A stretch of 64,000 bases of DNA from Malacoraja senta (taxonomy: Eukaryota). A model generated the notes under the pieces. That model did no database searches. It was not told the DNA's origin and saw nothing but the letters and a program-made list of their open reading frames with translations. The position numbers and the translations under genes were made by a program. Position 1 is the stretch's first letter; each line of letters starts with the position of its first letter. This document shows positions 10,968 through 25,493 of the stretch, one piece after another. The stretch spans positions 13,766,001-13,830,000 of the forward strand of contig CM075991.1 of assembly GCA_038087875.1 (NCBI GenBank), in the 5' to 3' direction.

Positions 10968-13840
10968 CGCCGCCATTCAATCATGGCTGATCGATCTCTC
11001 CTTCTCAACCCCATTCTCCTGCCTTCTCCCCGTAACCCGTACTAATCAAAAACCTATCTATCTCCACCAAGCCAATCAAACTACAAACCTGTACGTCTTT
11101 GGAGTGCGGGAGGAAACCGGAGCTCTCAGGGAAAACCCACACAGGTCACGGGGAGAACGTACAAACTCCGTACAGACAAGCACCCGTAGTCGGGATCGAA
11201 CCCGGACTGTAAGTGCTGGAGGGCAGCGACTCTACCGCTGCGCCACCTTGCCACCCATTGTTGTATGAGTTGCTTTTTTGCATTAGTTAGCAATGCATTT
11301 AAACATTTAAAAACTCAAACAGTAAATGGTGGAAATACAAAATGTCACCTATCCAGGTGATGATACTGCCTGACCAGCTGAGTGACTGCAACTGCTGGCG
11401 GCCCACTTTTGCTGGAAATACTTAGCAGGTCAGGCAGCATATGTGGAGAAGCAACAGTCCAGCATTGCAAATCTTGATAGAGCTTCAATGCTTAAGGTTC
11501 ACTGCTGTAGCTCTCTCTCTGGGTGGCTGATATCGAGATCCCTTGTTGATGGAAAGGGTAGACTAGTTGGATCCAGAGGAAGTTATGGTCGTATCCAGAG
11601 GATTGAGGGAGGATTTCTTTGACGCAGAGTGTATATGATCATGAGGGGATCTCACCTTCCCTCCCACAGGTGGATGTGGAGAGAACGCTGAAGATGGACA
11701 CAGAAAGCTGGAGTAACTCAGCGGGACAGGCAGCAGCGTCTCTGGAGAGAAGTGCTTCTCCTCATGAGGGAGGAACTAGCGGCTACGGTTAAACATTAAG
11801 GGGTTGCTGCTAGTTCAAGGCGGAAATGAGTCAAACTTTCTGAGGCCCGTGAGCCGTTGAATATGTTTTAAGGTGGAGGTGGTTAGAGTCTTGGCGAGCA
11901 AGTGGGTGAAAGGTCAACATCACTAGACATGGTCACGGAGCTGTGGTAACGGGCAGGTCCCACTCAATGGGCGGCACGGTGGCACAGCAGTACAGTCGCT
12001 GCCTCACAGCGCTTACAGGTTCGATCCCGGGAGCTGTCTGTACGGAGTTCGCATGTTCTCCCCGTGACCTGCGTGGGTATTCCCCGAGACCTTCGGTTTC
12101 CTCCCACACTCCAAAGACGTCGAGGTTTGCAAGTTAATTGGCTTGGTATCAATGTAAAATTGTCCCTAGTGTGTGTAGGATAGTGTTAGCGTGCTGGGAT
12201 CGCTGGTCGGCATGGACTCAGTGGGCTGAAGGGCCTGTTTCTGCACTGTATCTCTAAACTAAACAAATGGCGCTGCATCTTTGAGAGGCCGCGTGGTTGA
12301 TTCCTGCTCCTAACTAGCCGGCCCATTCTGATCATCCCAATTAGCCAGTAGTCGTAGCTAGACTGAGGGACAACCACAGTTGACCTTGAGGCAGACACTT
12401 ACAGTGGTGAAGGGGAGGTGGGGGGGGGGCAGCTAAGCGAAAAGTTGGTACAAATCAGTGTTAGTCTCGAAGGGCCGAGTGGTCTCCTGTGCCCTTTGTA
12501 ATCTGTGGAATTCTCTGCCACAGAAGGCAGTGGAGGCCAATTCACTGGGTGTATTCAAGAGAGAGTTAGATTTAGCTCTTAGGGTTAACGGAATCAATGG
12601 ATATGGGGAGAAAGCAGGAACAGGGTACTGATTCTGGATGATCAGCCGTGATCATATTGAATGGTGGTGCTGACTCGAAGGGCTGAATGGCCTACTCCTG
12701 CACCTATTTTCCATGTTTCTATGTAAGGGGAACAGCCTGCTGTAAGCTCCATAACCTGGCTTGGTTTAGGACGCAGATGAGCGACTCTAAAGATAGGGTG
12801 CAACAATGCAGCCCCACACTAGGGGGCGTTGACCCACCTCCTCTCTCTGCCGCCATGGAGAAGCCCATCGGGTATGGGGACTTCAAAGTCCTGGAGTCAT
12901 GCAGAACTGAAACAGGCCCGTCGGCCCGATTCGTCCATGCCAACCAAGCTCGTCCCATCTTCCCCATGTTTGACCCACATCTCCCTTCCTATCCATTTAC
13001 CCGTCTAAATGTCTTTTAAGTGCTGATTTGTACCTGCCTCATCGACCTCCTCTGGCAGCTCGTTCCACATAACCACCACCTTCTGTGTGAAAAAAGGTCC
13101 TATTAAATCTTTTCCCTCGCACCTTAGACCATCAGTATCTCCTCTGGTTCTTGACTCTGTGCATTCACCCAATCTGGATTGCACAGTGGTGCATCAGTAG
13201 AGATATTGCCTTATTGCGTTCGATCCTGACTATGGATGCTGTCTGTACGAAGGTTGTACGTTCTCCATGTGACCACGTGGGTTTCCTCTGGATGCTCCGG
13301 TTTCCTCCCACACTCCAAAGATGTACAGGTTAGTAGGTTGATAAAAATGCTGGAGAAACTCAGCGGGTGAGGCAGCATCTATGGAGCGAAGGAATAGACG
13401 AAGTTTCGGGTCGAGACCCTTCTTCAGACCCGAAACGTCACCTATTCCTTTGCTCCATCGATGTTGCCTCACCCGCTGAGTTTCTCCAGCATTGTCTACC
13501 TTCGATTTTTCCAACATCTGAAGTTCCTTCTTAAACAAACGACTCCGAATGCGGCTTCACCAATGTCTTGTGCAACAGTAACACAATGTCCCAACTTCCA
13601 TGTGTAGGAAAGAACTGCAGATACTACTGTACACCAAAGATAGACACAGAAAGCTGCAGAAACTCAGCGGCTCAGGCAGCATCTCTGGAGAAAATGAGTA
13701 GGTGATGTTTTGGGTCGAGACCCTTCTTAAGTCTGAAGTCACCTATTCCTTTTCTCCAGTTGAGTTGCTCCAGCTTACTATGTCTATCTTAGGTCCAAAC
13801 TACTGTATTAAATATCCTGTCTAAATGCCAGCATGGCTTA

Positions 13841-14062
<222 letters not shown>

Positions 14063-17000
14063 CTAATGATTCATATGAAGAGCGTTTGTCGGCACTGGGC
14101 CTGAACTCGCTGGATTCCAGAAGGTTGAGGGGGGGACCTCATTGAAACTTACCGAACAGTGAAAGCCTTGGATGGAGTGGATGTGGAGAGGATGTTTCCA
14201 CTGGTGGGAGAGTCGAGGACAAGAGGTCATAGCCTCGGAATTAAAGGGCGTTCCTTTAGGAAAGAGATGAGGAGGAATTTCTTTAGTCAGAGGGTGGCCA
14301 AACTGTGTAATCCTTTGCCACAGAAGGCTGTGGAGGCCAATGGATATTTTTAAGGCAGAGATAGATAAGATTCTTGATTAGTACGGGTGTCAGTGGTTAT
14401 GGGGAAAGGGCAGGAGAAAGGGGTCAGGTGGGAGAGATAGATCAGCCATGATTGAATGGCGGAGTAGACCTGCTGGGCCAAATGGCCTAATTCTGCTCCT
14501 ATCACTTATGACCATATGACTGCGGTCTCCACTGCCCCAGCACTGTACATCAGAAGCACTGGGTGGGCTTTGACTGGTTTTACAGAGATGCTTTGAGCTC
14601 TGAGGTCCTCTGAAACGCCCAGCAAACTGAGGTGAGATGTTGTTGACACTGGTAGCCACAGAACATGGGACTCAGAACATAGAACAGTACAGCACAGACG
14701 TTAGACTTTAGAGATACATCCTGATGCTGCCTGACTTCCCGAGTATCTCCAGCATCTGCGGGCATTTGACTTTTATTTTATAATAAATACATTTTCAATA
14801 CCTAGCTTTTTTATACTTTTGACTTTAGATAAACAACGTGGAAACAGGCCCTTTAACCCACCGAATCTACGCCGAACAGCGATCACAACATACATTAATA
14901 CTATCCTACACACCAGGGGAAATTTGCAATTTACAGAAGCCAATGAACCTACAATTTGGAGTGTGGTGGGAAACCGGAGCACCCGGAGGAAACCCACATG
15001 GCCACAGGGAAAATGTGCAGACTCTGTGGAAACAGCACCCATAGTCAGGATCGAACCCAGGTCTCTGGCTCTGCGAGGCAGCAACTCTATGCTGTCCCAC
15101 AGGATTAGGACTTCAACCCACAATGTCTGTGCCGGACATGATGTGGAGATAACTAATCGCATCTGCCGGAACTTACTCAATCACCTGCTCACCAAGTTCC
15201 CAGCTTGGGTTTCAAGGCAGACTCTGTCACAGCCTTGCTCCAAGGAGTTGAATTCCACAGGAGAGGTGGCCATGTTGACAAAGCAACATCTGACCAAAGT
15301 CAATGGTCACCAATGGTTGGAGTCACACCTTGCAATGGGATGATCTTTGTAGCTGATGGGATTCAAAGGTCGGGGCATGGTGGGAGAGCTGGGGAAGTCC
15401 GAACATGGTGTTGGAGCAGGGGAGGTGAGACCACGGTGGTGGAGCAGAAGGTCAGACCATGTTGGACAGGTGGGGAGGTCAGGGCATGGTGCTTGAGCAG
15501 GAGAGGTCAGGCTTGGCCATAGATCAGGGGAGTTAGGGTCATGGCCGTCGAGCAGGAGAGGTCAGGGCATGGCTTGAGGCTGCCCTGTTAGATTGTCACA
15601 AGGCACGGTGTCCGGGAGATGCCAGGGCACCAGACCCAGACAAGGAGACGTCAGGCAGGACGGACCCCACCTGACAGAGACCGTCAGATACACAAGCAGG
15701 TGGCGGAGAAGGTGCTGCAGCTTGAAAACTCGCCCAGAACCCAACCCTGACCTTTGAAGCTCAGCGTAACCACCGCAAGAGGATGTCACAAGTCAATGCA
15801 ACACTCAGAACTTCCTTGTTCTTGGGCTGTCGAGGCCAGGAATGGATATTGACTCACAGTTGGTTTCTGTGCTGCATTTCCTCCCATCAGGCAAGAGGCA
15901 CAGAAGTGTGGAAACGCACACCTCCAGATTCACGAACAGTTTCTTCCCAGCTGTTATCAGGCAACTGAATCATCCTACCACAACTAGAGAGCAGTCCTGA
16001 ACTACTATCTATCTCATTAGTGATCCTCGGACTATCTTTGATCGGACTTTACTGGCTTTACCTTGCACTAAACGTTATTCCCTTATCGTGTCTCTATACA
16101 CTAAAGATTACATAGCCACGATCACATTGAATGGCGGTGCTGGCTCGAAGGTCCGAATGGCCTACTCCTGCACCTATTGTCTATTGTCTCTAAATGGCTC
16201 ATCTGTAATCACGTATTGTCTTTCCACTGACTAGTTCATATGCAACAAAAGATTTCGCCATTCCACACTACATTTAGAGTATAGTGTTCAGTTCTGGGCA
16301 CCGTGTTATTGGAAAGATGTTGTCAAGCTAGAAAGCGTACAGAGACGATTTACGAGGATGTTGCCAGGACTAGAGGGTCTGAGCTATAGACTAAGTAGGC
16401 TGGGACTCTATTCCTTGGAGCGCAGGAGGATGAGGGGTGATCTTACAGAGGTGTATAAGATCATGAGAGGAATAGATCGGGTAGTCTCTTGCCCAGAGTA
16501 GGTGAATCGAGGACCAGAGGACATACGTTTAAGGTGAAGGGGTAAAGATTTAATAGGAATCTGAGGAGTAACTTTTTCACGTAAAGAACAAGCTGCCAGA
16601 GGAGGTAGTTGAGACTATCCCAACATTTAAGAAACAGTTAGTCAGGTACATGGATAGGATGGGTTTGGAGGGATATGGACCAAATGCTGGCAGGTGGGAC
16701 TAGTGTAGCTGGGACATGTTGGCCGGTGTGGGCAAGTTGGGCCGAAGGTCCTGTTTCAACACTGTAGAAGTTTGTCACTGTACCTCAGTACAGGTCACAA
16801 TAAATTAAACTGAATTGGAACTGAAACTGAACTGGAGATCACATAAAACAAACCGCCAGAGACAGTTTGGTCGGCCTTACCAACCTGCCCATGAATTAAT
16901 TCACCCATTGCTTATTTTGTGACTGGTTCTTAACAACTAAGTTGTCTGCAGTAGCTATGTGCCACCATGCCGCCCTAATTGACCAACGAAGCCCAACAGA

Positions 17001-19328
17001 ATCTCACATTCATAGAAACAAAGAAAATAGGTGTTGGAGTTGGCCATTCGGCCCTTCGAGCCAGCACCGTCGTTCTATGTGATCATGGCTAGTCGTCCAA
17101 AATCAGTACCCCGTTCTGGATTTTTCCCCATATCCCTTGATTCCTTTAGCCCTAAGAGCTAAATCTAACTCTCTCTTGAATACATCCAGTGAATTGGCCT
17201 CCACTGCCTTCTGTGGCGGAGAATTCCACAGATTCACAACTCTCTGGGTGAAAAAGGTTTTCCTCATCTCAGTCCTAAATGGCTTACCCCTTATTCTGAA
17301 ACTGTGACCCCTGGTTCTGGACTCCCCCAACATGGGGAACATTTTTCCTGCATCTACCCTGTCCAATCCTCTAAGAATGTTATATGTTTCTATATCCTTC
17401 TAAATTCCTCTCATCCTTCAAAATTCCAGTGAATACAAGCCCAGTCGACCCATTCTTTCATCATATATCAGTCCCGCCATCTCGGGAATTAACCTGGTGA
17501 ACCTACGCTGCACTCCCTCAATAGCAATAATGTCCTTCCTCAAATTAGGACACCAAAATTGCACACAATACTCCAGGCGTGCCTCTTATTTTTCTAAACT
17601 AATTGTGTGGGTCCAATCAAACCATTCTTTTCTCAGAAGACAAAGGCACGGTGGCGCAGCGGTAAAGTTCTCGAAAAGGCCTGTTTCCATGCTGTATGAT
17701 TCTATAACTCCGTGAGATGTAGAGAGATACAGCATGGAAAGTGCCAAGTCTGTGCCAAGCAACGATTCCCCCCGTACGCTAGCCCCACCCTGGGGACAAT
17801 TTACAGAAGCCAATTTGCCGACAAACCTGCACGTCTTTGGGGTGTGGGAGGAGGCCGGAGCAAACCCACGCGGTCACAGGGAGGACGTGCAAACTGCGCA
17901 TAGACAGGATTGAACCCGGGTGGCTGGAGTTCTACTAGCTAGGCCTTTACGCCACCCTCATTGCTCTTGGATTCACCATCTAGTCCAGTCTTCACAGAGT
18001 GGAGACGAAAGACTCGACTGAGGACGTGGAATTACATTGGGGAAAGTTGCCAGGCTTCCTGAGTCAACCAACTGGTTTACTAACAATCCAGTGGTTATGT
18101 AGGCAATGTCACTGACACTAGATTTTTATTCCAGGTTTATTTATTCACTTGAACTTAAATTCACCAGTATCCCTGATGTAATCAAACTCCTGTTTCTTGA
18201 TCATTTCGCCAGACCTCTGGATACAAGTCCAATTATTCCAATTAAGGAGCAAGGATTTTTTTCTATTTTATCTTTCGCCAATTTGACTGGCTTCCATCCG
18301 CAAGATGCAAACTTTTGGATGTTGATTTTTCCAGGTTCTCCAACGTGTGTTCCAGTCCCGGGTGATGTCGGGGAAAATATACGTCGGCCACTCGATAACA
18401 GGAAAGACGGTACTCCGTGAAATACTGTGGAAACTGGGAATCTCATCTGCTCAGCAGACTCCGCAAAGTGGGATAAGTGAGAGGGGAAAACCTTCGCACT
18501 AAACCACTGGCATATCAACCACTTCACATCATGCAGCATGCTTGAGGTACCCTTTCCCAGCACAGTGGTGCAGCGGGTAGAGCTGCTGCCTTGCAGCACC
18601 AGAGACCCAGGTTTGATCCTGACCACGTGTGCTCTCTGTATGGAGTTTGCACGTTCTCCCCTTGACCGTGTGGTCTTCCAGTTGCTCCCATAATCTGGAT
18701 TGGAGCCCATAAAGGTCCATTGATGGCTGGGTAGGATGTGATAACAAGAAGGATACAAGGCCCCCCCCCCAAAACCACTAGCACCACCTCTACCTTTAGT
18801 CTGAAGAAGGGTTCCGACCCAAAACATCACCAGTGATTGGAGCGGAATTTGGCCATTCGGCCCATCAAGTCTACTCCACCATTCAATCATGGCCGATCTA
18901 TCTTTCCCTCTCAAACTCGTTCCCTTCTCCCCATAACTCCTGACACCCATACTAATCGAGAATCTATCAATCCCTGCCTTAAAAATATCCACTGACGGCC
19001 TCCACAGCCTTCTGTGGAAAATAATTCCACCCTCTGATTCACCACCCTCTGACGAAAGAAATTCCTCCTCATCTCCTTCCTTAATGACTGTCCTTTTATT
19101 CTGAGGCTATGGCCTCTGGTCCTACACACATGGGGTGACGCCTGTATGTTTGTGAGTAGTCGCCCAAAGAGTCGTACCTTTTTCTGGTTGCCGCTGGATT
19201 TTCAACATGTTGAACATTTTCGGTGACCTGCTGCGACTATGACGGGTGCCGGCAGTCGCCGAACAAAATCGCGTAAGTGGGACAGGCCCTTTAGCTTTGA
19301 ACTGTTGACATCAAACTTAAGTACTTAC

Positions 19329-19377
19329 CAAAACAAAATTCCACTTTTGGTTTCTGTTTTCCTGTTGCTTCACTGAT
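19329..19377 (-). CDS. PLEKHA2: PLEKHA2 coding exon 3 (49 nt, ends in phase 1)
   Basis: ccttggcttccag|ISEATGKQKPKVEFCF+G|gtaagt. Confidence 0.93.
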
Positions 19378-21991
19378 CTGGAAGCCAAGGAGAAGTCATA
19401 TTAGGAATATTTCATGAATCATTTCACAGCAAAGCCTCCACACAGCGTCAGAAACCTGAGTTCCCCCCGCCACGGGTACCATGTAACCCCGTGCTACCCG
19501 CTCCATGGTCGGATAGTCGGCGACTAAACCGTCTTCCCCCACCTGGTTTGCCAGGTGAGGAGGGGGGCTGTGGACCCCCAGCAGAACCAAAAACAAGACC
19601 TGTCAAAGGGCGGATGAGCTCCTAGCGAGCCAACGGCCATCCACACTTCAGTAGAAGTTGCGATCACTGTCGTACGTAGCATTGTAAGGCACCGTGCCCA
19701 TTGATGTTTTCAACGATGATGATGATGATGACAGTGGGGAATGTGGCAGAGTCACTGTGGTGGAAGTTTATGTAAATTTTTATGACGTTGTGTGTCTTGT
19801 TGCTTTTTTGTTATGACTGTATGGCAAACCAAATTCCTCGTATGTTGCAAAACATACTTGGCTAATAAATTGCGAATATGAATATGATTGCATGCAGTTC
19901 CGGTCGCCCCCATCACTGAAGGATGTGGAGGCTTTGGAGAGGGTGCAGAAGAGGTTTACCACAATGCTGCCTGCATTAGAGGGTATTAGCAAGCTATAGG
20001 GAGAGGTTGCATTGGAGTGTCAGAAGTTGAGGAGAGATCTGATAGATCTATATACAATTATGAGAGTGATCGACAGGGTAGATAGTCAGAACTGACTAGG
20101 GCGGCACGGTGGTGCAGCGTTAGAGTTGCTGCCTTACAGCGAATGCAGCGCTGGAGACCCGGGTTCAATCCCGACTATGGGTGCTATCTATACGGAGTTT
20201 GTACATTCTCCCCGTGGGTTTTCTCTGAGATCTCCCACACTCCAAAGACATACAGGTTTGTAGGTTAATTGGCTTGGTAAATGTAAAAAAAATTGTCCCT
20301 AGTGGGTGTAGGATAGTGTTAATGTGTGGGGATCGCTGGTCGGCACGGACCCGGTGGGCCGAAGGGCGTGTTTCCGCACTGTATCTCTAAACTGTAATAA
20401 ACAGAAAGTAGTCTCGGCCTGAAACGTCACCCATTCCTTCTCTCCAGAGATGCTGCCTGTCCCGCTGAGTTACTCCAGCATTGTGTGTCTATCTTTGATT
20501 TAAACCAGCGTCTGCAGTTCCTTCCTACACACAGAGAGTCAGAACCTCATCCCCACGATGGAAATGCCAAAGATTAGAGGGCGCAGAATGAAGGTGAGAG
20601 GGGCAAAGATTAAAGGAGATGTACGTGACAAGTCTTCAAACGTTCATAAGTCATAGAAGTAGCATTAGGCCATTCGGCCCATCAAGTCTACTCCGCCATT
20701 CAATCATGGCTGATCTATCTCTCCCTCTCAACCCCATTCTCCTGCCTTCTCTCCATAACCCCTGTCCACCCGTACTAATCAAGAATCCATCGATGCCTGA
20801 AAAATATCCACTGACTTGGCCTCCATGGCCTTCTGTCTTTTTACACAGAGGGTGGTGGGTGCCTGGAACGCACTGCCAGGGCTGGTGGTGGAGGCAGATA
20901 CGATGGCGGTGTTTAAGATGTTTTTGGATAGGCACATGGATATGCAGGGAATGGAGGGGTATGGATTACGTGCAGGCGGAGGAGATTGGTTTAACCTGGC
21001 ATGGTGTTCGGCTTGTGGGCTGAAGGGCCTGTTCCTGTGCTGTACCGTTCTACATTCCATGTCCACTACACTTCACGCCCACCCTGCCCACCTGCGCTGT
21101 GCCCACTGGCCCCTGTGCTCCCGCTCAACCTTTGTGAGACAGGACACTGGCAAATGCATGGGCTAACACAATCCAGCAGTGCCTTCAGACTCCGACTGAC
21201 GAAACCTTCCTCTTGTGAAACGGGCCGTGGTTTACAGCTGTGGGACAACTTCAGCCTCGGCCCTTGTGGGAGTGTCAAGGTACACACAAGCCCCCCCCAC
21301 CCCTGGTTGCGTGAAGCAAGTCCTTGACCCGAAACCTCACCTATCCATGTTCTCCTGAGATGTTGCCTGAGCCAGTGAGTTACCCCAGCACTTTGTGTCT
21401 TCCAATTTCCACAGCCTCTGTTTAACAACGAGCAACCCTTCTACTGCTAGAGAGGATGCCTGGTTCAATCCTGACCTCGGGTGCTGTCTGTGTGGAATTT
21501 GCAGGTCCAAGTGACCACGTGGGTTTTCTCTGGGTGTTCTGGTTTCCTCCCACATTCGCAAACTCGTGCGGGTTTGCAGGTTAATTGGGCCTCTGTAAAG
21601 TGCCCCTAGTGTGTAGGGAGTGGACGCGAGGGTGGGATCACGTAGAACGAGTGAGAACGGGGGTGATCGATGGTCGGCGTGACTTGGAGAACAGAAGGGC
21701 CTGTTTCCGTGCCGTCTCAGTCAATCGGTCAGTTTGGTGAGCCGCTCAAAGGCTCGTTGGTTGGCGTGACCGGGAGTGAGCTGGAGACGTCGGGCGCGAG
21801 GGGCGTGGGCCGGTGGAAGGTGAACTGGGGTAATGCCTCCAGCGCCTTCAAGGGACACAAAGATGGCGGGGCGAGGAGAGGAGACGGGCGTCGGTTCATG
21901 GGAACTGCTCCAGTACATCGAGCGCGTGGGTCGACCGGACTTTCGACTTTGAATAACAGCACCAAGACATGGCGGTGTCCGCATGTGTAGT

Positions 21992-22416
21992 TAGGGTTGC
22001 CAACTGTCCCGCATTAACCGAGACATCCCGTAGGGACTGTCGGGTCGGAACGCCGCGTCCGGCCCCGCCTCACCCGTCCCGACGTAGTGCAGCCCATGGA
22101 GCGCAGCAGCAGAGCCTCGCCCGTGGCCCCGTCGGTCGGCAGCCCGGCCAGCTGTCCGACCTTCGGACCCTTGCTTACCGCCGACACCACCACCCCTCCT
22201 TCTCATGGCCGATCATCGGTTCATGAGTTGGATAGGGTGCCGGGCCAAAACTCCTCAGCTGGCCCGCCGGCTGGGCTTTGTGTACAGTCCAGCACCCGGG
22301 GCCAACTCATCATTCACCCAGCCACGGCCAAGTCGGTCTACGAATTGCCATCAGGAATTTGTCCCTTATTTTGACCTTTTGTCCCTTATTCGGGAGTGAG
22401 AAAGTTGGCAACCCGA
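21992..22416. mobile_element. Non-autonomous hAT element (MITE), CpG-rich
   Basis: TIR tagggttgccaact...agttggcaacccga; 8-bp TSD tgtgtagt/ggtgtagt (7 of 8 match). Confidence 0.85.
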
Positions 22417-25400
22417 GGTGTAGTATATGCAAAAATAATGTTTTTGTGCAGTTGCATACGTGACAAATAAAGCTGCATTGAACCACTGAATCTCTAACAT
22501 CCCAGTAAGCCAGCCTCGCATCCTCTCTAGGGCCTCAGCTGCAGCATCAGAGGCCAAGCACGTGAATGAAGCAGAAATTGGAACAGGCTAGAGACTGCGT
22601 GTCTTTTCCCCCCTAACCGAGTTGAGAGCCTGTGGCCACAGGCCCTTCAGCCCACTGAGTCTACGCTGACCAGCAATCGCCCTGAACACTAGCACCATCC
22701 TACACACTAGAGGCCAATTTACAGAAGCCAATTAACCAACAAACCCGCACGTCTCTGGAGTGTGAGAGGGAATCGGAGCACCCGGAAAAAAACCTGTGCA
22801 GGTCACGGGGAGAACGTGCAAACTCCATACAGGCAGCACCCGTGAAACAGATCGAACCCTGGTCTCTGGCGCTGTGAGGCAGCAGCTCTACCCGCTGCGC
22901 GGCAGCACAACCTGGGACAACGCCTTCCACACCAGTCAGCGGAAGAGCAAGAAAACCGCTGACCTCGGGGAAAGACCCCGAGACAAACAGGTTGTTTCTT
23001 TCAATGGCCGCGTGCATGTTAGATGCTTGGTGAAGCCCAGCGGCCTGGAATTCAGTCGGTACCAGGGCGACCGTGGGGTGACTCAAGGCTCCAGCTCTCT
23101 TTGCAAAGACTCTCTCATTGTTTGGCCCTCTCAAAACACGGGCGTCAGCATCTGGCCGCCAAATCACAGCTGGCAGAACAATAAACCATTTACATCTGGC
23201 CTGCCAAGCAGTGCACATCAAAACTCTTCTTACACGGAATCACATTAGCACGCAATCTAACTTTATCTTAATCACTATCACCTGTCCTAATGCCTTCATC
23301 TACTGCTCCTTGCCAAACGTTCTCCAATTTAATTTCACTGGGAAGTTTGGGGCATTATATTATTTCTTTGTCGCCATACGAGGCGGCCATGTTGTCTATG
23401 CCGACTGCCAGAGACCAGCGGCACGGTGGCGCAGCGGTAGAGTTGCTGCCTCACAGCGCCAGAGACCCAGGTTCCATCCTGACTACTGGTGCTGTCTGTA
23501 CGGAGTTTGTACGTTCTCCCCGTGACTGTGTGGGTTTCCTCCGGGTGCTCCGGTTTCCCCCACATCCCAAAGACGCACGGGTTTGTCGGTTAAAATTGTC
23601 TTCTGTAAATTGGGCGGCACGTTGGCGCAACGGTAGAGTTGCTGCCTTACAGCGCCAGGGACAGGGGTTCGATCCCGACTACAGGTGCTGTCTGTACGGA
23701 GTTTGTACGTTCTCCCCATGACCTGCGTGGGCTTTCTCAGACATCTTCGGTTTCCTCCTACACTCCACAGACGAACAGGTTTGTAGGTACATTGGTTTGG
23801 TATCAATGTTAAAATTGTCCCTTGTGTGGGTAGGATAGTGTTATTGTGAGGGGATCGCTGGCAGGCGCGGACTTGGTGGGCCGAAGCGCCTTTTTCTAAA
23901 CTAAAAAATTGTCCCTAGTGTGTGGAATAGAACTAATATGCGGGGTGATCACTGATGGGTGTGAACTCGGAGGGCCAATTGGCCTGTTTCCATGCTGTAT
24001 CTCTATACGAAACGAAACTAAATTAAACTAATCTGCCCACTAATTTTCCTGTAACGTCTCTCTTCATGTCCACCCAGTTCCTTCCACAACCCACCAATAC
24101 GTCTACCACCTCCGTACATCAGGGATAACTTACAGTGGCCATGAATGTTGATTTATGAATGTGGGAGAAAACTAGAGCAGTCAGAGGAAGCGCATGCGGT
24201 GACAGGGAGAACGTGCAAACTCCACGCGGACAGCACCCAAGGTCAGATTTGAACCCTTCCCACTTGAGGTGTGAGGTAGCTGCTCTACCGCTGCACCAAG
24301 CCCGTCAGATGTCTCTGCATGAAGTGGTGAAGAGGTCCTGCGTCCGCCATCAGGCCGAGCCCAAATATCACCCTCTCCTCAAATCCATCATCTTATCAGT
24401 TCATAAGTTGTAGGAGCAGAGTTAGGCCATTTGGCCCATCAAGCGTACTCCACCATTCAATAATCATGGCTGATTTATCTTTCGCCCTCAACCCCATTCT
24501 CCTGCCTTCTCCCCATAACCCCTGACACCCGCACTAATCAAGAATCTATCCATCTCCACCATACAAATATCTATTGACGGCCTCCGCTGTCTTCTGATCA
24601 GGGAAAGAGCAGAAATAATTTTACTGCCCCAGTTAGTTTTCTCTCTCTTAGCAAGCAGTTATTTAGACTTTAGAGATACATCGCGGAAACAGGCCTTTCG
24701 GTCCACCTAGTCCTCTCCGACCAATGATCACTCCGTACACTAGCACTATCCGACACTCTAGTGATCATTTACAATTTACAGAAGCCAATTAACTCACAAA
24801 CCTGCACGTCTTTGGCATGTGGGAGGAAACTGGAGCCCCCGGAGAAAACCCACGCGGTCACAGGAAGAATGGACAAACTCCGTACAGACAGCACCCGTGC
24901 TCAGGATTGAACCCGGGTCTCCGGCGCTGTACGGCAGCAACTCCACCGCCGTGCCGCCCCTTATTGCGTGTTAAATGCAATACAGTGGATTTGTGAGATA
25001 TTTTGGGATTCTAAGGATTATGGGCGGCACGGTGGCGCAGCGGTAGAGTTGCTGCCTCACAGCGCCAGAGACCCGGGTTCCATCTTGACCACGGTTGCTT
25101 GTCTGCACAGAGTTTGTACGTTCTTCCCCGTGACCTGCGTGGGTTTTCTCCGGGTGCTCCGGTTTCCTCCCACACTCCAAAGACGTACAGGTTTGCAGGT
25201 TAATTGGCTTGGTGTCAATGTAAAATTATCCGGGGATCGCTGGTCAGTGTGGACTGGGTGGGCTGAAGGGCCTGTATCTCTGAACTAAACTAAAAACCAA
25301 TTCTGGAGTCAGTGCACACATGTGGGGCTGAGTAAAAAGACTGACCATGTTCTTATTCTACAGCACAGGAAGCAGGAGGGACCGAATGGCCTATTACTGC

Positions 25401-25436
25401 CCCTGTACTTTAGTTATAATCTGGCAGATTAAATAC

Positions 25437-25493
25437 CTTGGAGATGTATGGTAATTGTAGGCTGCCGACATACTGAGTTCCAGGTGGCAAGTT
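25437..25493 (-). CDS. PLEKHA2: PLEKHA2 coding exon 2 (57 nt)
   Basis: ttttctttcag|NLPPGTQYVGSLQLPYISK|gtattt. Confidence 0.93.

Noticed and set aside
18201..18992. 263-aa ORF
   Set aside because: It runs through a CR1 tail, a Penelope end and a SINE; a chance open frame with no recognisable domain.
21720..22420. CpG island or internal promoter
   Set aside because: Much of the CpG richness lies inside a hAT MITE and a repeat-like segment it interrupts; no independent promoter evidence.
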